From: Alphaproteobacteria bacterium
GTDB lineage: Bacteria; Pseudomonadota; Alphaproteobacteria; UBA8366
Reading direction: 5' to 3'
Length of the DNA: 64,000 bases
NCBI GenBank assembly: GCA_965228975.1
Contig: OZ245851.1
Location: forward strand, 5,273,007-5,337,006
This document shows, piece after piece, positions 56,190-64,000 of this stretch. The notes beneath the pieces are model-generated. The model worked only from the letters and a program-made list of their open reading frames with translations, had not been told where the DNA came from and did not search any database. The position numbers and the translations under genes were made by a program. Each line of letters begins with the position of its first letter. The first letter of the stretch is position 1.

Positions 56190-57461
56190 ATGGAGTTTGG
56201 CTCGCTGTCCAAAACGGACCTGGCGTCGCTGCTGGTGCAGGCGCGCGCCGATTTCGAAGAATTCCGTGCCAAAGGGTTTGCGCTCGACATGACGCGGGGC
56301 AAACCCGCGCCGGAACAGCTCGACCTATCCAACGACTTGTTGCGGCTGCCGGGCAACGCGGACTGGCATCAGGACGACGGCGGCGATACACGGAACTATT
56401 ATGGCGGCGTTCAAGGTCTGCCCGAGGCGCGGGCGCTGTTCTCGACCATACTCGGCGCGCCGGTCGACCGGATCGTCGTCGGCAACAACTCCAGCCTCGC
56501 GCTGATGCATGACTGCCTTGTCTTCGCCATGCTGAAAGGTTTGCCCGACGGCGCCGGTCCTTGGCGGCCTGAGGAGACGAAATTCCTGTGCCCGGTGCCC
56601 GGTTACGACCGGCATTTCGCGATTTGCGAGGAATACGGCATCGAGATGATCCCGGTGCCGCTGACCGGCGCGGGGCCGGACATGGCGGCGGTCGAGGATC
56701 TGGTGGCCGATCCGTCCGTGAAGGGGATGTGGTGCGTTCCCAAATATTCCAATCCCACCGGGGAGATTTATGCCGCCGACGTGATCGAGCGGCTCGCGGC
56801 GATGCCGGCGGCTGCGCCGGATTTCCGGCTATTCTGGGACAACGCCTACGCGGTCCATCACCTGACGGACGAACGGCACGGCATTCCCAACATCCTGGAT
56901 GTTTGTGCGAAGGCGGGCACCGCGAACCGCCCCTTCGTGTTCGGCTCCACATCGAAGGTGACCTTCGCCGGGGGCGGCTTGGCGCTTTTCGCCGCGTCGG
57001 AAGACAATGTGCGGTGGCTTGTGGACCGCTTGTCCAAACGCACCATCGGGCCCGACAAACTCAACCAGCTCCGGCATGTGCGGTTCTTCAAGGATCACGA
57101 TGGGATCCTGCGCCATATGGAAGCGCAGCGTGATCTCATCACGCCGAAATTCGCGGCGGTTCACGAGGTCTTCACGAAATACCTCGACGGCACCGGCATC
57201 GCGGATTGGACCGATCCCGACGGCGGTTACTTCATCAGCGTCGACGTGCTGGATGGGTGCGCCAAACGGGTCGTTGAACTTGCGGCAGACGCCGGCATCG
57301 CGCTTGTGCCCGCCGGATCGACCTTTCCCTATGGCCGCGACCCGCGGGACCGCAACATCCGGATCGCGCCGACCTATCCGTCCTTGGCGGAGGTTGCGTC
57401 GGCGGCCGAAGGCGTCGCGCTTTGCGTCCGCTTGGCGGCCGCCGAGTCTTTGGCCGGGTAG
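56190..57461 (+). CDS. PLP-dependent aminotransferase resembling class Ic aspartate aminotransferases
   Basis: 423 aa. DMTRGKPAPEQLDL near the N-terminus and PKYSNPTG resemble the actinobacterial AspB-type family. ATG at 56190. Confidence 0.7.
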   Translation: MEFGSLSKTDLASLLVQARADFEEFRAKGFALDMTRGKPAPEQLDLSNDLLRLPGNADWHQDDGGDTRNYYGGVQGLPEARALFSTILGAPVDRIVVGNNSSLALMHDCLVFAMLKGLPDGAGPWRPEETKFLCPVPGYDRHFAICEEYGIEMIPVPLTGAGPDMAAVEDLVADPSVKGMWCVPKYSNPTGEIYAADVIERLAAMPAAAPDFRLFWDNAYAVHHLTDERHGIPNILDVCAKAGTANRPFVFGSTSKVTFAGGGLALFAASEDNVRWLVDRLSKRTIGPDKLNQLRHVRFFKDHDGILRHMEAQRDLITPKFAAVHEVFTKYLDGTGIADWTDPDGGYFISVDVLDGCAKRVVELAADAGIALVPAGSTFPYGRDPRDRNIRIAPTYPSLAEVASAAEGVALCVRLAAAESLAG

Positions 57462-57472
57462 CCTTCGGACCG

Positions 57473-58429
57473 ATGTCCCTTCTTCGATCACCCCTGGCCG
57501 GACTGGCATGGCTCGGCCGGCAGGGGACAGGCGCGATCGCCGTGTTGGTGTTCTTCGGGATCGCGGTGCCGGCGGTCGGCGCGGTGCTCAAGCCGTATGT
57601 CGCCGAAGCGATCTTCGCGCTGCTCTGCATCGCCTTCCTGCGGGTCGACGCCATGTCGTTACGCGGCATCTTGCGGCGGCCCGGCGTCCTGCTGGCGGCG
57701 ACGGGCTGGACGATGCTCGTGATGCCCTTGCTCTTTGTTGGCGTCTGCATGGCGTTTGATCTGGAAGGGCGGTTCCCCGACCTGTATCTCGCAATCATGC
57801 TTCAGGCGGTCGCGTCGCCGATGATGGCCGCCCCGGCCTTCGCCGCGTTGATGGGCTTCGACGCGACGCTCATTCTGCTCACCCTGGTCGCGAGCACGGC
57901 GCTGACCCCGCTGACCGCGACTTTCTACGCCTACTTGTTTCTCGGCGGGACGTTGTCGCTGTCGCCGATCGCGCTGGGGATCAAGCTTTTGGCCATCCTT
58001 GCCGGGTCGGCGTTGATCGCCGCGATCATCCGTCGGATCGTCGGAGGTGATGCGGTGGCCCGCCGCAAGGACGAGATCGACGGGCTTAACGTGCTGGTGC
58101 TGTTCGTCTTCGTCGCCGCGGTGATGGAAGGCGTGGCGGACACCTTCCTCGCCGCCCCGCTATTGGCGACGGCGATCGGGATTTTGGCATTCGTCATCAC
58201 CTTCGCGGTATTGGGAGTCTCGCTTCTGGCATTCCTGTGGGCTGGCCGGGACCGCGCCTTCGCGCTCGCTTTCATGGCGTCGCAGCGCAACATGGGCTTG
58301 ATGCTCGCGGCGACGGGCGGTGTTCTGCCGGACATGGCGTGGCTCTACTTCGCCCTGTGCCAGTTCCCGATCTATCTGTCGCCGCACCTGATGAAGCCGT
58401 TGGCGCGGCGGTTTGTCCGGACCGGTTAG
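57473..58429 (+). CDS. Bile acid:Na+ symporter (BASS/SBF-like) family transporter
   Basis: ~318 aa with about 9-10 TM segments. The LQAVASPMMAAPAFAALMGFDATL....STALTPLT pattern resembles the BASS crossover helices. Family assignment is tentative. Confidence 0.5.
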   Translation: MSLLRSPLAGLAWLGRQGTGAIAVLVFFGIAVPAVGAVLKPYVAEAIFALLCIAFLRVDAMSLRGILRRPGVLLAATGWTMLVMPLLFVGVCMAFDLEGRFPDLYLAIMLQAVASPMMAAPAFAALMGFDATLILLTLVASTALTPLTATFYAYLFLGGTLSLSPIALGIKLLAILAGSALIAAIIRRIVGGDAVARRKDEIDGLNVLVLFVFVAAVMEGVADTFLAAPLLATAIGILAFVITFAVLGVSLLAFLWAGRDRAFALAFMASQRNMGLMLAATGGVLPDMAWLYFALCQFPIYLSPHLMKPLARRFVRTG

Positions 58430-58433
58430 GCGG

Positions 58434-59225
58434 TTAGTCCAGGCAGTCGGCTTCGGTCCGCAGCACCAGGCGCGCCTGATACAGGAAGGTGGCGTCGACC
58501 ACCGCCGGTTTCAGGCGGTAGTCATGGGCGTCGCGGCCGCAGTCCGGGTCGAGCGGTTCGATCTCGCCCGCCGCCATGGCCAGGAGCTGAAGCTGTGCCG
58601 CCCGCTCGAAATGAAAGGCGAGGACGGCTGCCTCCTCGACCGAGCCGCCGGCGGAAAGCTGGCCGTGATGCGCCAGGAGGATCGACCGCTTGTCGCCGAG
58701 CGCGGTGGCGATCAGCTCGCCTTCGTCGTCGCCGATCGGCGGACCCGGCCATTCGCTGAGCCAGGCGCAGTCGTCATAAAACATCGACGTGTCCATATGC
58801 GAGGCGATCAACGGCACGCCGATCATCGACAGGGCCGACACATGCGGCGGGTGCGTGTGCACGATGCTCTGCACGTCCGGCCGCGCCTTGTAGACCCACA
58901 GGTGGAACCGGTTGGCGGGATTGGGCATGCCTTCGCCGTCCAGGACGTTGAGGTCGTCGTCGACCAGCATGAAGTCGGACGCGCGCAGTTCCTCCAGACC
59001 GAGGCCGAAGCGTCCGGTCCACATGGTGCCGGGTTTGTCGCCGCGCGCCGTGATCTGGCCGGCCAGACCCGACCCGTGGCCGTCGCGCGCGAGCATGCGC
59101 GCGGTCAACGCCAGCTTCTCCCGGAGGCCCCATTTCGGCTTCTCCAGGTGTTGCTCCATCTCCACCGACACGCGGGCGTGAAAGTGGGACTTGGGTTTGT
59201 GGGCGGTTTTGGCTGTGTCGCTCAT
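58434..59225 (-). CDS. Class II aldolase/adducin-domain protein
   Basis: 263 aa. GHGSGLAGQITAR and the metal-binding region IVHTHPPHVSALS are present. Confidence 0.85.
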   Translation of the reverse strand: MSDTAKTAHKPKSHFHARVSVEMEQHLEKPKWGLREKLALTARMLARDGHGSGLAGQITARGDKPGTMWTGRFGLGLEELRASDFMLVDDDLNVLDGEGMPNPANRFHLWVYKARPDVQSIVHTHPPHVSALSMIGVPLIASHMDTSMFYDDCAWLSEWPGPPIGDDEGELIATALGDKRSILLAHHGQLSAGGSVEEAAVLAFHFERAAQLQLLAMAAGEIEPLDPDCGRDAHDYRLKPAVVDATFLYQARLVLRTEADCLD

Positions 59226-59296
59226 GGACGTTTCCTTCCCAGTGTCTGTATGACCGGCTTACCCGAGACTATGCCACTTCGGGGCCGTGGCCCAAA

Positions 59297-60040
59297 CTAG
59301 AGCGCGGCGCGGGCGATGATGTAGAGACCCATCGCCAGCAAGGCGACGAAGAAGACCTGCCGGAACCGTTCTTCCGATAGGCGCTGGCGGACGCGCTGTC
59401 CGACGACCATGCCGATCACCGCGGGCACGACGCCGGCGGTTGACAGGATACCCAAATCCGCCGACAGCAGGTCGTTCCCCTTGAGCGCCAACGCGAGCGC
59501 GACTGTCGAGACGGTGAACAGCATGCCCATCGCCTGGATGAACATGTCGCGCGGCAGGCCGATCGCCTGCAGGAACATGACGCCCGGTACGACGAAGGAA
59601 CCGGTCATCCCGGTCAGTACACCGTTCATCGTGCCGAACATCGGCCCGGCCCAGGCCTCGTATCGCGGGGCGATGACGATCCGGACCTTCAACAGGCTCA
59701 ACGCCGAATAGGTAACGAGCAGGACACCCAGCAATGCCGATAGCAGCGCCAAATCGACCCGGGTCAGCGCGGTGGCGCCGATCCATACGGTAACGGTCGC
59801 CATGATCAAGAAGGGCCAGAGCCGTCTCAACACGGGCATGCCGTTCCCGCCGACCACCGCCTGCCACAGGTTGGTGACGAAGGACGGCACCAGAAGCAAC
59901 GCCATCGCTTGCGGTAGGCCGAGCGTCGCGGTGAGAAGGGCCAGACTGACGCTGGGCAGGCCGAGGCCGATCACGCCCTTTACGCTGCCGGCGATCAGAA
60001 ACGTGACGAAGATGATGGCTAGGGTCGCGGGATCGGACAT
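59297..60040 (-). CDS. TauE/SafE family sulfite/anion exporter
   Basis: 247 aa, about 8 TM segments, and a duplicated G-rich helix pattern (GSVKGVIGLGL / GVLTGMTGSFVVPG). Confidence 0.8.
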   Translation of the reverse strand: MSDPATLAIIFVTFLIAGSVKGVIGLGLPSVSLALLTATLGLPQAMALLLVPSFVTNLWQAVVGGNGMPVLRRLWPFLIMATVTVWIGATALTRVDLALLSALLGVLLVTYSALSLLKVRIVIAPRYEAWAGPMFGTMNGVLTGMTGSFVVPGVMFLQAIGLPRDMFIQAMGMLFTVSTVALALALKGNDLLSADLGILSTAGVVPAVIGMVVGQRVRQRLSEERFRQVFFVALLAMGLYIIARAAL

Positions 60041-60580
60041 CGATCCAGCCTACACGGCTAGCCGATGCAATTGAAGCGAGGCGAGGAGGCGACATCCGCG
60101 CGTCGGCAACGGAGTAAGCGTCGCGTCGCCGGAAGTCGAGGATCTGGCAACACAGCCAGCCAAGACGACCGAGGACACCACCGGACAGGTTTGGCGCGTC
60201 TCATTTTCAGCTGTGTTAGGCCCGGAAATACAGGAGGTCGACACGGCTGGGTTGTGAATACCGCGCGAATGTTCACCGTAATCACGCATGGTGTAGTGGC
60301 ACACATGACTCAACGACAAGGTGAATTTTCGTTTATATACAGTTCTTTAAGGGGTGTTCGCTATCGTGGCGTCAAGATCTGCTCCGTCATGTCGGGAACG
60401 AGACGCATACAGATCGGAATTCGGGCCGTAACCATCTAAACCATGACGAGTGGTGATGTCGGTGCCATCCCGGAAGGGGACATGCGGGCGATTCCTGATT
60501 TGGCCCAAGGACATGGGCCGAGACATGGTTTGGGCGGATCCGGTTCGAGGGTGCAGAAATTATTCAGTTCGAGGCGAAAA

Positions 60581-62638
60581 ATGGTTGCGAATGGTGTTTT
60601 GACGGATTCCAAGACTCTTGGAGTAGTGCGTTTCTTCAATGATTTGAAGATTAGGTCGAAAATTCTATGCAGCGTGGCGGTCGTCCTGGCGATCCTCGTG
60701 ATTGTTGCGGGCAAGGGCTACTTCAGCTTCGTGTCGGTCGGCACGGATGTGGACAAGTTCTCCGAAGCCGTCGAAGAGGCCTCGATTGCGGCGAAGACCG
60801 AGGCGAACTTTCTGAAGCTTCGCGCGCATGCCCGCGAATTTGGATACACGGGCCGCGACTCCGATGTGGCCGCCGTGCGGAAACTCGCGGAGAAGGTCAC
60901 CAAGAATATCGAGCACGCGATGGCGGTGATCCACGACCCGAAACACCGGGCCAAGGTCGAAGAGATGGGCAAGGCCTTTACGGCGTACATGGCCCAGTTC
61001 AAGACGATGACCGCGCTCAAGGTCGAGCACGATACGCTGGTGCGCGAGCGGTTGTTCCCGGAAGGCGAGAAGATCGTCAAGGATCTGGAATTGATCATCA
61101 AGGAAGCGGAGCACGAGGGCAATGCGCCGGCGGTGAAGCTGGCGAATTATGCGCTCGAACACGCGCTGCTGATCCGGCTCTATACCAACATCCTGATCGG
61201 TCAGCGGGATGAGCGGTTCGCCGAGAAGACCGAAGCCGAATTCGTGGTGTTCGACAAGACGCTGAAGGAACTGGAAGGCCTGCTGAACACGGATAAGGAA
61301 AAGACGCTGTTCGCCGAGGTGGTGGAACTGTTCCACGACTACGAAAAGACCTATGGGATCGTGCACAAGGACGAGTTAAAGCTGCAGAAGCTGCTCGACA
61401 CCGACCTTGCCGGCAATGCGAAGATCATCGTCGACGATGCCGAATGGATGCAGCATGCCGCCGAGAAGGAAGAGGCACGGCTGCGCGCCGAGACGGAAGA
61501 GATCATTCTCAATGGCGAAATTTCCATTGCGGTGATCAGTCTCGTCGGTCTCATCCTGGGCATTGGGATCGCTTGGGTCATGGGCAACGTGATCTCCAAG
61601 CCGGTGGTCGCGATGACCGGTGCGATGAAGGATTTGTCCGCCGGGAACCTCGACGTGGAAATCCCCGCGCAGAATCGCGCGGACGAAGTCGGTGGCATGG
61701 CGGAGGCGATGCAGACCTTCAAGGAAAGCGCGGTCGAGCAAAAACGTCTTGAGGAAGCGGAGCGCGAGGCGCAGGAACGGCGCGAAAAACGGGCCAAGTA
61801 TCTGGTCGAGCTCACCGAGACCTTCGATACGCAGGCGTCGGAGATCGTGAATACCGTCGCCGGGGCGTCCGCCGAGATGCGGTCCACCGCCGAGGCGATG
61901 TCGGCGACGGCCGACCAGACCAGCAGCCAGACGACGGCGGTCGCCGCCGCCTCCGAACAGGCCACGGCCAATGTGCAGACCGTCGCCTCCGCATCGGAGG
62001 AGATGTCGGCCTCGATCAACGAGATCAACCGGCAGGTCGCCCAATCCGCGGAGATCACCGCCAAGGCGAATTCCGAGGCCGAGCGCACGAACGAAACGGT
62101 TCAGTCGCTGGCCGACGCCGCGCAGAAGATCGGCGAGGTCGTTGGCCTGATCAGCGAAATCGCCGAACAGACCAACCTGCTGGCGTTGAACGCAACGATC
62201 GAGGCGGCGCGTGCCGGCGAGGCCGGCAAGGGCTTCGCCGTGGTGGCGTCGGAGGTCAAGAACCTTGCCACCCAGACCGCGAAGGCGACCGAGGAGATCA
62301 GCGAGCAGGTCGGCGGCATGCAGTCGGTGACTGGCGACGCGGTCGGTGCCATCAAGGGCATCGGCGACACGATCGGCGAGATCAACGCGATCTCCGAGAC
62401 GATCGCCAGCGCGGTCAGCGAGCAGGGGGCCGCGACACGTGAAATCGCGGAGAATACCCAGCAGGCGGCGACCGGGACTCAGGAGGTCAGCAGCAACATT
62501 GCCGGTATCACGCAGGCGGCTTCGGAAACAGGTTCCGCCGCGCAGCAGGTACTGGAATCCGCGGGCGAACTGTCGGAGCAGTCGGATAAGTTGCGAGGAG
62601 TCGTCGAAAAATTCATTTCCGACGTCAAGGCAGCCTAA
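60581..62638 (+). CDS. Methyl-accepting chemotaxis protein with ~290-aa helical periplasmic sensor and HAMP domain
   Basis: Highly conserved signalling hairpin ([38 protein letters not shown]) and a HAMP domain ([23 protein letters not shown]). The likely start is the ATG at 60581 or the GTG at 60626 ([14 protein letters not shown]). The track start is 60443. Confidence 0.9.
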   Translation: MVANGVLTDSKTLGVVRFFNDLKIRSKILCSVAVVLAILVIVAGKGYFSFVSVGTDVDKFSEAVEEASIAAKTEANFLKLRAHAREFGYTGRDSDVAAVRKLAEKVTKNIEHAMAVIHDPKHRAKVEEMGKAFTAYMAQFKTMTALKVEHDTLVRERLFPEGEKIVKDLELIIKEAEHEGNAPAVKLANYALEHALLIRLYTNILIGQRDERFAEKTEAEFVVFDKTLKELEGLLNTDKEKTLFAEVVELFHDYEKTYGIVHKDELKLQKLLDTDLAGNAKIIVDDAEWMQHAAEKEEARLRAETEEIILNGEISIAVISLVGLILGIGIAWVMGNVISKPVVAMTGAMKDLSAGNLDVEIPAQNRADEVGGMAEAMQTFKESAVEQKRLEEAEREAQERREKRAKYLVELTETFDTQASEIVNTVAGASAEMRSTAEAMSATADQTSSQTTAVAAASEQATANVQTVASASEEMSASINEINRQVAQSAEITAKANSEAERTNETVQSLADAAQKIGEVVGLISEIAEQTNLLALNATIEAARAGEAGKGFAVVASEVKNLATQTAKATEEISEQVGGMQSVTGDAVGAIKGIGDTIGEINAISETIASAVSEQGAATREIAENTQQAATGTQEVSSNIAGITQAASETGSAAQQVLESAGELSEQSDKLRGVVEKFISDVKAA

Positions 62639-62660
62639 GGACCAGGCGACCTGACCAGTG

Positions 62661-62701
62661 ACGCGGCCGGCGGGTATGCCCTCGCCGGCCGCGTTCGTTT
62701 T
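62661..62701 (+). terminator. Rho-independent terminator after the MCP gene
   Basis: A 12-bp perfect GC-rich stem, ACGCGGCCGGCG (62661-62672) pairing with CGCCGGCCGCGT (62683-62694), has a 10-nt loop and is followed by TCGTTTTCGG. Confidence 0.7.
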
Positions 62702-62722
62702 CGGCACATCGTTCCGAAGGCG

Positions 62723-63583
62723 CTACTCGGCGGCGAAGCGGTATTTCACGACCCGGTCGTTGCCGGAATCCGATATCCAAAGCGTGTTGCCGCGTACTTC
62801 GATGCCCTCGGGGGTCGTGAACAGGCCCGGTCCCTTGCCGGCCGATCCGCTGCCGAGCGTTAGAAGCACGCGGCCGTCGGCGGATATGAACTTGACCTGA
62901 TGGTTGTTCTTGTCGGCGGCGATGACCGTGCCGTCCGGCAGGACGTCCTGATAGCGCACGCCGTCGAACTCGAAGGGGGCGCCTTTCCATTCGCGTTTGA
63001 TGTCGAGGTCCGGCGACAGCAGCAACATCCGGTCATTGCCGGCATCCGACAACCAGATATCGCCGTCGGGCGTGCGTTCGACGTCGTGCGGTGACGAAAG
63101 CCCCTTCAACTCCTTGACGACCTTGCCGTCCTTGTAGGCGACTAGGTTATTGGACCAGGCGCCGGCGACGTAGACTTGACCGTTCGGATGGACCAGCACG
63201 CCCTCGGGTCCGCTAATCCGATCCTTCAACGCGCCGACCAGCGCGGCCTTGGTCCCGGTCATTGTGTAGATCGTGACGCGTCCGTTGTGGGTGTCCGCCA
63301 CATACGCGCGGCCCTCGGCGTCGAAGTCGACATCATGCGTGCCCGATTGATGGTCCGACCCGAATTCGTCGATCAGCGCCAGCGTCTCGGGGTCGAGAAT
63401 CGCAACCCGGTTGTTCCCCACGTCCGAGACGAACAGGTATTTGCCGTCGGGCGAGAGTTTCAGGTCGTGCGGATTGTCGAGGTCGACCGTGCTGGCGGCG
63501 AGAAAGGCCGCCGTGGTTTGAGCCATGGCGCCGCTTGCGGCGATCAGACCCGCCAGAAGTAAGACTGCAGAGCGAAGTATCAC
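62723..63583 (-). CDS. Secreted NHL-repeat six-bladed beta-propeller protein
   Basis: Signal peptide VILRSAVLLLAGLIAASGAMAQ. Repeated units match the NHL pattern (PHDLKLSPDGKYLFVSDVGNNRVAIL, THDVDFDAEGRAYVADTHNGRV, PEGIEVRGNTLWISDSGNDRVV). The start is a GTG at 63583 (track start 63634). Confidence 0.7.
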   Translation of the reverse strand: MILRSAVLLLAGLIAASGAMAQTTAAFLAASTVDLDNPHDLKLSPDGKYLFVSDVGNNRVAILDPETLALIDEFGSDHQSGTHDVDFDAEGRAYVADTHNGRVTIYTMTGTKAALVGALKDRISGPEGVLVHPNGQVYVAGAWSNNLVAYKDGKVVKELKGLSSPHDVERTPDGDIWLSDAGNDRMLLLSPDLDIKREWKGAPFEFDGVRYQDVLPDGTVIAADKNNHQVKFISADGRVLLTLGSGSAGKGPGLFTTPEGIEVRGNTLWISDSGNDRVVKYRFAAE

Positions 63584-63964
63584 TGTCCGTCCCCTGTGCA
63601 GCGCGCGGGACGCGCACCGATCATGCCGAGCCAATGGAGCGTCCCAGGTTATCTGCTCCGATTTGACGAGATTTCCATGACTGCAATCGAAGTTTATCGA
63701 GATTCCTTCCCGGGTCGAAGCCTGTCCGCGCCCTGCAGGTCCGGATCAAGCCGGCCGGGCTCGGGCGCGATCCAATTTTTTTGCCTTGGAGCCGACTCCA
63801 CCCTTCTGCCGTGGCGTGAATGTGGTTGCGGTGTCGAAATGAAGGTGAATTGCATCGATGCCAATACAATCAAATTTTCGATCGCCCGGCGGTTCAATCG
63901 GCGGCCTGATTGGGAGACAGGGCCCGTTATACCGCCCGTTAAGATCTTGGCAGTGATTAAGCTC

Positions 63965-63979
63965 CGGTTAAAACCGGAT
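63965..63979. promoter_or_regulatory. TTAA-N7-TTAA motif (CtrA-box format)
   Basis: TTAAGCTCCGGTTAA lies in an AT-richer non-coding stretch at the window end. The target gene, if any, is outside the window. Confidence 0.3.
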
Positions 63980-64000
63980 AGTCGGAAATTTAGTAAAATC

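Noticed and set aside
60065-60439. 124-aa ORF in the tauE-MCP intergenic region
   Set aside because: It has an Arg/Gly/Ser-rich composition, no RBS, no recognisable motif, and a GC profile unlike the neighbouring genes. I treat the region as non-coding.
1-64000. Search for CRISPR arrays, rRNA, tmRNA/RNase P/SRP RNA, IS elements, integrases, toxin-antitoxin pairs or known defence genes
   Set aside because: I saw no regularly spaced direct repeats, no transposase or integrase-like ORFs, and no small adjacent gene pairs with toxin-antitoxin character. The only multi-copy sequence found by eye is the REP-like 26-mer. A computational repeat and covariance-model scan would be needed to exclude small RNAs.

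Overview
This is a visibly GC-rich chromosomal segment (I estimate mid-60s % GC, not computed). Gene content points to an alphaproteobacterium, possibly Rhodospirillales-like: PAS_5, DUF2125 and TIGR02302 families, tlpA-argH-lysA synteny, and a GAAC-N7-GAAC operator format. I call about 57 protein genes. I found no rRNA, tRNA, CRISPR array, transposase, integrase, phage gene or recognisable defence gene, and no classical HTH transcription factor gene anywhere in the 64 kb.

Positions 1-37 kb are housekeeping: acyl-CoA dehydrogenase, PduO-type adenosyltransferase, etfBA-hbd, tlpA, argH, a mini-lipoprotein, lysA, a TIGR02302 protein, ftsEX, ydcF-plsC, nrdJ, an MscK-like channel, chaC, a chorismate mutase-hisC-tyrC block, metXW, and a long minus-strand gldAFG-like ABC / BtuF-like / MscS block.

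Positions 37-64 kb look more accessory: a lipoprotein, an SNase-like nuclease, two tandem ArnT/GT39-like glycosyltransferases, a PAS_5 protein, a TAXI-TRAP transporter, a PhnS2/Fe3+-type ABC transporter, and an aromatic-catabolism-like island. The island holds an SDR, Rieske oxygenase alpha/beta, an extradiol dioxygenase, an EthD-like protein, an aminotransferase, a BASS transporter, a class II aldolase and TauE. An MCP and an NHL propeller protein follow.

I found no clear-cut novel system. The best second-look items are:
- REPIN-like palindromic doublets that exactly bracket the Rieske oxygenase genes.
- The oxygenase island itself, which lacks electron-transfer partners and a regulator but carries a sulfite exporter.
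- A leaderless BtuF-like protein translationally coupled to a giant MscS channel behind a gldAFG-like transporter.
- A LexA-type GAAC-N7-GAAC site upstream of B12-dependent nrdJ.
- An untracked 42-aa LptM/LppL-like lipoprotein that links argH to lysA through overlapping stop and start codons.
- A Pho-box-like promoter upstream of the phosphonate-type ABC operon.
- Tandem GT39 paralogues next to a secreted nuclease.

Many long ORFs in the supplied track are antisense shadow ORFs typical of high-GC DNA and are rejected.
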